A stretch of 64,000 nt of DNA from Felis catus (lineage: Eukaryota), in assembly GCF_018350175.1 (NCBI RefSeq), contig NC_058369.1, forward strand, positions 5,022,001 to 5,086,000, in the 5' to 3' direction. The notes under the pieces were generated by a model. That model saw nothing but the letters and a program-made list of their open reading frames with translations. It was not told where the DNA came from and did no database searches. A program made the translations under genes and the position numbers. Position 1 is the stretch's first letter; each line of letters opens with the position of its first letter. Below, one piece after another: positions 1 to 25,191 of the stretch.

Positions 1-382
1 TCATAGGAATGCGCTCCTGAAGCCAAGACTACACGCATTGGCAATAAATTTTTAAAAAAAGAAAGAAAGAAATTACACAAGGCTGGGGAGAAAACACCTG
101 AGTGTGTGTAAGCCATATCCCAGTAGATCGGATATTTTGTCTAATTTTCCTCTTTGAGAAAGAAAGTCTGTAGGTCGCTGGAGCAGAAGGCAGCAAGCCT
201 AGATTAGAATAATTTGCATAGACTGAAGATTCAGCCCTTGGCTCATGTGTGTTGGGAATCTTTGTGTGTTTTTTGGGGGGTGATGGTGGAGGGCGTGCTA
301 GCCTTCCACCTAAAGAATTCAGAAATCTGTGTCCCCTTTGGTGATGTCTGCCTTTAGGAGGTGACTGCACATTTCTAAGCAA

Positions 383-385
383 AAA

Positions 386-432
<47 letters not shown>

Positions 433-437
433 AATAA
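383..437 (+). repeat. (AAAT)n microsatellite / A-rich tail
   Basis: Direct reading: aaataaataaat... for ~55 nt. Confidence 0.95.
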
Positions 438-529
438 AAAGTAAAAATACGAGTGTACATGAAAAGTATGTGTTACCATATAAGGATCCATACCTGCTGT
501 CATACAGGCTACATAAAAATTGATTCGGA

Positions 530-1230
530 GGAAATTTTCCCTTGGCTTTAATTTTGCCCTGATCTGATAGCAGAAAGAGGTTTAGAAATGGACTATCCAG
601 GACTAAGGAGGAACTTTACAGTGGAGAGACCCAGCAGACAGCGCCTTAATCACGTGATCAAGACTCACAGCACCAACAATGGGACAAATCAATGTCTTTG
701 GGCTCCCGACATGATGCACTGAGAATCCATAGTGTCTCTCCTGTGACAGCGCTGCCCCCAAATGCAAAACCTGGATGTCTTTACGAGGAAGCATGGAGCC
801 AACCCAAACCGTGGGACAGCCCCCCAAATAGCCGGACGTGAAAGTCACTCAAGACGGCTGTGCTGCCAGGGGTTGAGCAGATCCAAGGACACTAAGGAGA
901 CCCCACCAGCAAATCCGACGTCTGTTCCTGCACAGATCCCTTTCCTGTAAAGGATCCAAGCCAAACCAGACCAGACCAGACCAAAGGGAAACCACTGGCC
1001 AGCCTGAACGGGGCTGGAGGTTTTGGTGGTGGTAACAAGTCAACATTAACGTCCTCATTCTGATGCCTGTGCTGTGGTTTTGTGGGAGAATATCTTTGCT
1101 TCTAGAAATTCCACACGGAGCTAATTAGGGGCCTCAATGGTGCGGCCTCAAATGATTCAGAGGGATAAAAGGTTTTTATGCCCATTTCTCCTTTTTCTGC
1201 TTGAGTCTAAAGATTTTTTAAAAAAATGAT
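530..1230 (+). mobile_element. Ancient L1M (L1MC/ME-type) 3' region fragment, boundaries approximate
   Basis: Resembles remembered L1M 3'UTR consensus (tgatcaagactcacagcaccaacaatgggacaaatc...atgatgcactgaga; tgtgctgtggttttgtgggagaatatctttg); decays into an A-rich end. Confidence 0.55.
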
Positions 1231-1890
1231 TATGTTTGCTTGGATCAGGCAGCCTGCCGCTTATGGCATTTCCCCATCTTCCTTAGTTTTTAAGCAAAGG
1301 GGTTCTGTTTCGTGACTTTTCATCCTGTGGTCGATAAGGTAACTTCCCTCGGTTTCAAGAGCCGCTCACACTGGCCCTTGTTCTCAGAGCCCAATTTGGA
1401 CGACACAGTTTCTGGTCCCCCATGAAAACGATGGGATGTGCAAAAGAAGTGTTCAAAGGGCCAGTGAGAAGGGTCAGCGCAGCAAGCACCACTCTGCACA
1501 CAGGGGTTAAAAAGAGCAATCTGGACAGGGCGGGCTGAGAGGGAATCTGCCAGGGGGACCCTCACGACAGGGGCCATGCTGCCCGTGGTGCGGGGGGCTC
1601 TCTGTGGGCTTGGTTTCCACTGCACCCATCCTAGCAGAAAGGCCTTTCTCTACCTAAGACACATCAAAAAGCATTTTTAAAAAGCAGACATCAGGCCTCA
1701 CTGGGCTCAAAGGCTCTGAGCAAAGGGCACGTAGGATTCCCACCAGTTCTGTCAGGGCCGCCTTGTGGTGGGGACCACTCTGGTTCTGCTTTCAATGGGC
1801 TTCTTGGAAGAGAAATTTCTCTTGGCTTAACATTTATTTGGCCTGAGATGTAAAGTTTCAAGTGTGCACGTGCTTTGTCTTATCCAAAAC

Positions 1891-1977
1891 TGAATGAATG
1901 AATGAGTGAATGAATGAATGAGTGAATTAATGAATGAGTGAGTGAATGAATAAGGGAGGCAGGGAATGAATGAATGA
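1891..1977 (+). repeat. (TGAA)n degenerate microsatellite
   Basis: tgaatgaatgaatgagtgaatg... read directly; typical of L2 3' ends. Confidence 0.9.
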
Positions 1978-2074
1978 AAACCAATCAACAGATGTTGTTA
2001 GGCATTGAGTTAGGCACCTCTTTGGAAAGCAACATAAACGAGTTTTCTTTGGTAAAGGCAGGCTAAAAACGCAT

Positions 2075-2420
2075 CTCAGACAGAAGCATCCTCCCCCTTC
2101 AGACAGGCCCTCCTCCCCCCTCAGACACAGGCATCCTTCCACCCAAACAGGCACCTTCTCCCATTCAGATAGGTTCTTCTCCCTCAGACAGGTCCTGGCT
2201 GCTCTCACCCAGTCTCCCCACTCTGGCTGCCCTCCTCCCTCAGATCAGGCCCTACCCCCTCTGATCAAGCTTTCCCACTCTGGCCTGGGCCTCTTCCCTC
2301 AGACCAGGCCCTCCCCACTCTCACAGAGCTTCCCCACTCTGGCTGGCCTCCTCCTTCAAACCAGGCCTGCCTCCCTCTGACTGAGCCTACTCCCTTCAGT
2401 CCAGGCCCTCCCCGCTCTGG
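2075..2420. repeat. Degenerate short-period tandem repeat at the start of C3 intron 17
   Basis: Recurring ctcagac(c/a)ggccct(c)cccc / ccactctgg units of ~20-25 nt. Confidence 0.7.
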
Positions 2421-2444
2421 CCAGCCACAGGCAAGTGGACTCAC

Positions 2445-11232
<8,788 letters not shown>

Positions 11233-11310
11233 GGTGCAGGGACAGTGGAGGGACAGAGGGAAGGAGGAAGCGGACTGGGAGGGAATGAGCAGAGGCTGCT
11301 GGAGGCTGCC

Positions 11311-11530
11311 TTTTATCTGGCTCCCGCCTCCCCCCTGCAACCTCAGCCCAGCCCGCAGCTCCCGTGGCTTCCCCCTTCCTGGAGCTGCCCCAGATTTCTC
11401 AATACCATTTCCTAAGTTTTTCAATCCCTGGGGCCAGTGTGTCCTGGGGTAACTAACCCAAGGGCATGTCCTCCAACAACATGGACACACCTTCTCCCTG
11501 CCAAGGTCTCCCTCAGGGTCAAGGTCAGGT
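11311..11530 (-). promoter_or_regulatory. C3 proximal promoter: GATAAAA TATA-like box, tandem C/EBP sites, nuclear-receptor half-sites
   Basis: Minus strand: GATAAAA at 11311-11317; TTGAGAAAT (11394-11402) and TTAGGAAAT (11407-11415), the tandem C/EBP acute-phase element known from mammalian C3 promoters. Plus strand: gggtca-aggtca at 11516-11527. Confidence 0.8.
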
Positions 11531-11880
11531 GGTAAACAGGGACCTTTCCCTGTTGCACCTACTTAGCGGTGGAGGAACACTGAGGGCCAGAGAGCTCCCC
11601 ACCCCAGGTATCTGGGCCTGGCGCCCAGTCAGTTTCTGGCCATGCGTTTGTTAACCAATGCCTTCCTATGGGTCTATCTCTATGCTGGTGGCTGGAGTCC
11701 CTCTTCTATGCTCAGACTGAGGAATAAGGTCCAACACAGACACTCCTGGCCCCATGGTGTGTCTTTCCAATGGAGAAGAACCCTGCGTTGTAGAGGGCCA
11801 GTTAAAAATTCTCAGAGGAGGGGACATTTCTGCTGGGCTTTGAAGTATGTGTAGAAGTTCACTCTCCCAGTGAGCATGTA

Positions 11881-12091
11881 TTTTTTAAAATATTTGTTTA
11901 TCTTTGCGTGACAGAGACAGAGCAGGGGGAGGGGCAGAGAGAGACGGAGACACAGAATCTGAAGCTCAGCCTCCAGGCTCTGAGCTGTCAGCACAGAGCC
12001 CAATGCAGGGCTCGAACTCACAAACCACTAGATCATGACCCAAGCTGAAGTCGGAGGCTTAAATAAACCAACTGAGCCACCCCGGCACCTT
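11881..12091 (-). mobile_element. Carnivore SINE (SINEC, feliform type)
   Basis: tRNA-like head, (CT)n and A-tail on the minus strand; TSD tgagcatgtatttt at 11871-11884 and 12096-12109. Confidence 0.9.
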
Positions 12092-15024
12092 GCAATGAGC
12101 ATGTATTTTAATACAGGTGGAACCTGGAGCTCCCTTCATGTACCCTTGTCACGATGCCTGAGAGACTATAATGGTTAAAAAGAAAAACTTTCCTCAGCAG
12201 TGAGGCAATTTCCCATTGCTACCTTTTTTTATTCTGTCTTAACGTTACAATATTATCATTAATATTCTTAATTACTATTATGCCATCTGTATTTAATTTT
12301 TTATGAATAGCTAATATCTTCATATGGTTCAACACCTAAAGGGTCCACGTAGATGTACAAGGAAAAGGCAATTTGCCTCCTGTTCCCGTTCCCAACCATT
12401 CAGGTCTCAGATGCCACAGTGAAACCAAATCCCTGGTTTCCTTCCAGAGATATGCATTTTGAATGCTCGCAAGTTTTAAAAACAAATTACCAGTCTTCTC
12501 TGCCTGCTATTCTTCCTGGTCTCCCTGGGTTACGCCTTGCCTTTTTCGTAAACAGTATCCCTCAGAGATCGTTTAATATCAGTGCCCAGAGAGCTTCCTT
12601 GTTAGAGGCAACTGCCTCCTTCTACGTTGTGTGAAAGCGACCAGTCTCTTCCGCGTGGACAGGCTTCCCTGGATATAGTGAGTGGTCTTGACCTGCATCA
12701 CTTTCCAGCTCTGACACTTAGAGGTATACTTTGGCGCTTGATTAATAGCCACGCTGAGCCTCAGTTTCCCCCATCAGATGAGGTTGTAATAGCACTCACG
12801 TCACAGTTGTCATTGCCATGAAAGGACATGACCCTGGACCAAGAGCTACTTGCATTAATAATCCCGCAAGATATGGCTGTATTTCCCTCCGTGATTGTAT
12901 TGATTTACATACTTGCTGGCCTTGCAGGAAATTGCTGGATTTCCCCACTGTCTCACCACGACAGCATGTTGGCAAAGCTTTGCGTTTCTGCCTCAGTGTC
13001 ATTTGATGTGTGCCTGTTGCATTCCCAGCAAGGTTGTGCATCTGGGGGAAGGGGTGTGTGAAGTCCAGGGCACAGGAGACAACAGGTATGTGGGTGGGGG
13101 ATCCTGATCTCTGAAGGCCTGGTTTCCAAAGTCCCAAGGAAGGGGTTAATGGGGAACCCAGCTCTGATTTCCTGGAATCCATGTGCCTTTCCTGGCCTAG
13201 GCTGCATGCCTGGAGTTGGGGGAGGTGTGCACACACAGAACAAACCTGGACCCTGTCTGCTTGATTGCGTCACCCCTTCCTTGGGAGAGGGAGGGTGCAA
13301 GCACCTGCTTACTACCCAGAACTGAGATTCAACTTCTGAAACAGGGGTTGGGGTACCTCCTAGGATCCCCCAAATCTCAATTACTCCCATTTTCCTCCCC
13401 CACCCCATTTCCTGGTTGCATTATAGCCCTAAACATTCAGGGTTTCTGCTTTGACTGTCTTGGGAAGGTATTCCTGCTGGCCTGTGCCTCCCAGCAAGGC
13501 TTGGTTCTGGCTTTCCCAGAGCCTCAGTTAATCCATCTGAACAATGGGATTGATGATAGTTGCTGCTGTTTTGACAAAGGTGCTGAGATGCTTCAGAGCG
13601 CTGGGCTTGGAGGGAAGGTTCACGCCTATGGTGGTGGAGGTCTGCGGAGGGTCCTGGCCCCGACCTCCAGGAAGTGACCAGAGGGGTGAAGGCAGAAGCA
13701 GAGGTGGGCCTGGGAGAAGGAAGGGATTCTTGGAAGCTTCATCCTGGGGAATGTGCATTTGTGCCCAGAAGTGTGGGAGAGGGAAGGCAGGCAAGATAAG
13801 CCAGCAGGGGAGAGAGAGGAGGAGGCCTGGAGGATGGGATTCCCGTTAGCTGGCGTGCCCTGCCCAACATTCCAGGTATGGACAGCCGGAGGGCCAGGCT
13901 GCCTGGGTTGAGGCTAAGTGGGGTCTCTGGAAGGCACTTAACCCTAACACAGTATTGGCTATCTGTCCCTGATTCCAGTTGAACTGGTGTCCTGAGTTTC
14001 GTCTGGCACCCCAGCTGGAGGAGGGAGAAGAAGGGGAAGGAAACGGGAGGATTTCTGGGTGGGGGGAGCCCAGGCACCCCTCTCCCCCCCACCCCCTTGA
14101 GTGCAGTGATTTCCCTGCTGCACCCCCACCCTCACCCTTGAGTCGGTGCCAGGCCTGGGAACAGCAGGGACTGCCCCTCCCCTCCTGGCCCCCCACTTCC
14201 AGGATGGGGTCCTTGCTACACTGCTTTCTGAGATTTTCCCCCCAGGACCCACAGGCAGGGCACCTCCCCCACCATGCAGCCCAGGCCTCCCCTTCTCCCC
14301 CTACTCATTACTCATTAACTGGAAGGTAAACTTGGCCCGGCTGGATCTGATCTGCCCCATGGCTGCTTCCCCCGCTCCCCCGCACCGCTGACTCAAGCTC
14401 AGGAGAGGCCTGAGCATCAGGGACCCCCACCCTGGAGGGTGCAGGGGCAGGCTGGACATTCACAGCCATGAATGTCCCTCTGAGCATTGGATGACAAGCC
14501 AGTGGCATGGGGCAGGCAGAGGCTCAGCCTGGTGCCCCGCACGTGGTAAGGCCCCACTGCACATGGACTGTATGTTTATTGTTTCCAACACCTGCTTCTC
14601 TTCCTCACCTTGTTTCGCTGACAGCCCTGCCCGTCCTCCAAGCCGTCCCCCATCGTCCTCCCTCTCCCCTGCACTCACTGTCCCAGTCCATCTGTCTGTT
14701 GTCTGCACCCCTGTGGTCTGTGGCCTCCCTGCTGCAGAATCACTCCTTTCAGCTCATCTACTCTATAGCAATGGGGGACTTTGTGCAAAAACACAGCTTT
14801 GTGACCCTGCAAAATTATGGTGTAGAATACGTGAATGCACGCTAGTGAGTTGGTCTCCATGAGACTCAGACGCAGCACTTTATTTCATGAAACTTGTTTC
14901 TTCTGCATCCCTGGTTTGCAGACCAAGAGACTGAGGGCTTTGAACACTTGCCCAAGATCCTCTAGGTGGGAGGAGCTGGGATTTGAACCCAGGCAGCCGG
15001 GGTCCAGACTTCAGGCTCCTAAGC

Positions 15025-15475
15025 TGTAGGAGTCTCTGACTGCTGTTGTAACAAATGACCACACACTTGGTGGCTTAAAATAATACCTATGTATTATCTT
15101 ACAGGGCTGGAGGGCTGAAGTCTGAAGTCAAGGTGTGGGCAGGGCTGTGTTCCTTAGGGAGGCTCCAACGGGGGGAACTGGGAATCCACTTCCTGCCCTT
15201 TTGGGCTTCTAGAGCCCATTGCACCCCTTGGCTCAGGGGGCCAGTGAAACCTCACAGCACATCCCTTATACGTGTTTCCTTGTGGCTCTCCTTGTCTGAC
15301 TGGGACCCTGATGCATCCCTCTCATAAGGACCCTGGTGATGACATTGGGTCATCCAGGATCACTTCCCATCTCAGTCACATCTGCAAAGTGCCCTTTGCC
15401 GCTTCATGTGACATCCTCGCAGGTTCTGGGGATCAGGACGGGGACTTCTTTGGGAGCCTGGATTCTGTGCACCCC
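15025..15475. mobile_element. MLT1 (MaLR) LTR
   Basis: gctgttgtaacaaatgaccacacacttggtggcttaaaa...ctgaagtcaaggtgtgggcagggctg...cacatctgcaaagt, characteristic of MLT1. Confidence 0.8.
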
Positions 15476-17042
15476 TGCACGCACATGGAGTAAAGCACCG
15501 ACTTCGATGGTCACGTCCTTCCCTGCTGTAACCTTCTTGGCTCCCACAGGCATTAGCACGAAGTCCAACTGTTGTCTTGAGGCTTCTGCCAGCTGCTCCC
15601 CCACCCTCCCTGCCCCCCCTCTCGGCCTCAGCCAGCCCTGCAGGGGGACTGGCAGGCTATTCTGGGCTTCTCCGCTTGCTCACATAACTTGCTCAGTCTG
15701 CAGTGCCTCCTCACTTCCTTGTCTGGCTGGGCTATTTATTCATCTGGGCCCCGTTATACTTGTTTCTGTTTGCAGGAAGCCTTGACCCCTGCCCAATTCT
15801 CTACCCATCATCCCATGCCTGTGGCCCCCACTGAGAACTGTCTGCTGAGCTCCAAAAGGGGCTGTGGGCACTCTGGCTGAAAGGGGGTTTGGGACAGGGG
15901 AGACAATGACATCTCTGGAGCTGCCCACGTGGGTGCACAGGTGCAGTGCCCTCTTCAAGGTTCAGGGCAGCCCACGAAAGGTTAGGCTGTGCTGAGCCAC
16001 TCACACCATTATCACATGTGTGATACTCAGTGGCCTCATGGGGACCTCAGTTTACATGTTAGGACACAAGAGGCGAAACCACCTACCCAGGGGCACACAA
16101 CAAAGGGCGCGGTGGGTTGGGTGGGGGAGGCCGGAGGTTTGGTCGCAGGGAGTCTAGGTGCCGAAGGGCAGTGTGGTCCGTGGTAAAGTGCAGCTCTGAA
16201 ACCAGACTGCTAGTGTTTTGAGCCCCGAGTCTCTCAACTCATCAGCTGTGTGACCTTGGGCAAGCTACTTAGCCTGTCTGTGTCTCACAGGCTTCTTAAT
16301 AGGAGTCAGGGTCAATGGAAGCCTTCGAAAGAGTGTGTGGCGTTCAGTGTTAGCCACAGTTAGACATTTCAGTGCCCACTCCTTGTGGGCCTACGAACCA
16401 GCAAGTTTTCCTCACCTCCAGCCTCTGTGCACGCTGTCCCTCCCCTGGGCCTGCCGTCTTTCCCCTGCTTCTCTGATCACCTCCCCCCAGCTTCCCAGGC
16501 TGGGTCAGGGCCCTGTGATGGTCTCATCCTTATCCCTGCCTGGCCCCTTCCCCCAACCGTGAGCCCCTTGAGGGTCGAGCCTGGGTCACTGCTCTGTCCT
16601 CAGCACCGGGTTCAGGGCCTGACGTGTAGCAGTTGCTCGAATGACATTTACTGAATGTGGAGGGCAACGGAGACTGAAACCTCCCCCACCCCCCATGAAT
16701 ACAGGTTTCTCAACTGTAAGCACAACCCCCGTGTTAGACCTCAACACCCAGAAAAGCAAGAAACCAGGCTAGCAAAACAGATCGGTCATTATTGTGCAAC
16801 AGCAAGCAGCAGATGGCTCCAGGGCGGGGACGGGATTGCCCAATACTTGGGGGAAGAGGGGGGGCTCTCTTCTGAATGGGCTCTGGGGACTCAAGGCTCA
16901 GGGAGCTAGGCGCAGCATGCGCCCCGGGCGCCCTCCTCCTCCTGCTCCTGGCGCTTTGGGAGCCCGCAGGAGTGAGGAATGTGTGTTTGGAGCGGGTGGG
17001 AGCAGGCGGGGGACGGAGGACTGGTCCCAGATGCCGGGATGA

Positions 17043-23019
<5,977 letters not shown>

Positions 23020-23485
23020 CTCTAGAGCCACCACCTCCCCTGATACCGCCTCTGACGCCCCCACCGCCAACGGGTGAGCCAATCGCCGCACGGTGAGGGC
23101 CGACCTTCCGGCATTTCCAGCCCGCCCAGCCAATCAGCGACTCTTTCCTAGAAAGTCCGCATCCCCACCCCCGCACGACACCAAACAGACAACACCGGCT
23201 CCGAATGGGGTGCTGATAATGCTTAACCCCACCTCCGCTCTCACCAATCATTAGAAAGATTGTCCCGATGTAATTTGACAAACAGTCCACCTAGCCAATT
23301 GTGATGGATCTGATATCCCGCCCTTGAAGCGGAACTCCTTCATCCACGCCCAACTGAAGGTCTGTCCAGGACTACGTTACCCAGAATGCAGTGAGAGCAG
23401 ACAGCGCAACAGGGCATTCAATAAACTACATATCCCAATATCCCCAAGGACGGACTTCCCCTTTTCACCCCGGGGAAGTGGCTCC
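23020..23485 (-). promoter_or_regulatory. GPR108 CpG-island housekeeping promoter (CCAAT boxes, ZNF143-type motifs, ETS)
   Basis: CCAAT at ~23079, 23130, 23244, 23295; ACTACGTTACCCAGAATGCA (23371-23390) and ACTACATATCCCA (23425-23437); cttccgg ~23105; CpG-rich. Confidence 0.75.
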
Positions 23486-24519
23486 TAGCCAGAGCACAGA
23501 TTTTTGGTAAACACACGCATCTGCCGAGGCCTGTCCGGTTCTAATCTTCCTGATCCTAGGAGGCCTAAACCTAGCCCCAGGCTAAATCTTGGCCCTAGGA
23601 TGACCTATGACCCTGGGCTGAATCCCAGCCTTAGGCGAAGCCTCCCTCCCTCGAGCGAGGCAACTAGAAGCCCATGCACAGATGCCAGGCTGAACTTGTC
23701 AATGGACTGAACACCAGCCCTCGGCTGAGTCCCCCTACCTGCAGCTGAGCCCCGACATCAGCCTGAAACCCAGACTTCCCCACTCCCTTCTGACCCTCAA
23801 CCTACACTGAGCCTTAATCTCTGGTTGAGCCCTCCACTTGGAGCACTGACCCCAGACTAGGCCTGACCTCTGGACCCTAGTTTGAGTCCCAGACCCCCTA
23901 CTGGGTTGCTGACCCCTCGGCGAAGCTTCTGACGCCAGTCTGAGATCCCATCCCAACTGTGGTGCCGACCTGGGATGAATCCCAATTCCAATTTGAATTT
24001 GAGACTCTAATACCAGGCTGAGCCACTGATTCATCTGGTCCCCCAGCCCCTGGAGCACAGCCCACTTCGCAACTTGAGGTTTTCTAGCTCAGAAGCCACC
24101 AGCAGGTGGGGCCAGGTCCCCACAGGGCCATCTGTGCCAGTGTGGGCTCCTGGGGCTATCCTCCTGGGCTCCCCGGTGTGTGTACTGGGAATCTGGGAGC
24201 TTAGAGCCTAACTTGTGCCTGGGGGCTCTGGGGCGTCTGTCACCTCTGTAGACACTAAGCACCAAAGGCTGGAGACAGGAGGGTGGGAGCTGCAGGATTC
24301 TCTCTCCTTTCATCCCAGTGCCTTAAAGAGATTAATGAGGTGCGAACAGACTTTTATGAAAGAGGTGACAGACTTCCAGCCCCCAGGGCCCGAGTTTCTG
24401 GAGGGAGAGGTGGAGTCGGAACCAGGGTCAGTACAGACTAGGAAGCCTGATTGGGTCTTAATGGATGCGACTGGAAAATGGGCAGGTGGAAGCGCGAACT
24501 GGATGAGGGCCGAGGAAAG

Positions 24520-25191
24520 ACCTGGGCCCGGTGCCCCAAGGACGGCCCGTCCTCAGTTTCCCGGCGCAGACTTCGGGAGGAGGGGGAAGGCAGGATGCGG
24601 TGGGGGCGCTAATGGACCGGGCCTTGGCGGAGACGCGTTCTGGGCCGGATCGAAGTCCTCCCATCCGCCCTGTGGCCGGAGAGAACCAGACCATTAGTGG
24701 GACGAGCAGAGATGTCTGGAGCCCGGCCGGCCCACAAGAGCGGGGTGACCTCAGGTTCTTCCACAGAAGGGGTGGGGGAAGGACCTGTCGGGTTGGGGTT
24801 TTAATGTCTTGACCCTTTAAGGAATGGTTGGTTGAAGGAAAAGAGAAAAGTAAGAACAGCCCCAGGCAGGGCAGGGGTGGAGAGGATCAGAGGGGCCGGA
24901 TTTGGAAAATGGGTGGGGGTCCTTTAAGGGGTCGGCCCAGTGGCATCGGGTGGCAACTTTCCTTTAAGAGGGGGCGGGGCGTCCGTTGGGCCCCGCCTCC
25001 TTGGGGGTCCCGCCTTCAGGGCGCAGTTCAGGGTCTCCGCGCAGATGGGGGCGTGGCAGGGCCCGCGGGGGCGGGGCCGAGCCTGGAGTGGGCGGGCCCA
25101 GGCGGGCGGGGCCGGGCGCGCCGCCCCGAGCTGAGTCTCCCGGCGGCGGGCGGCGGGGACCGGGCGCGGCGGCGGCTTCGGCGGGAGCAGC
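24520..25191 (+). promoter_or_regulatory. TRIP10 CpG-island promoter / 5'UTR
   Basis: Dense CpG and multiple GGGGCGGGG GC boxes directly upstream of the ATG at 25192. Confidence 0.75.

Noticed and set aside
23077-23097. Possible ER-stress element (CCAAT-N9-CCACG) in the GPR108 promoter
   Set aside because: Spacing and second half do not fit (ccaatcgccgcacgg).
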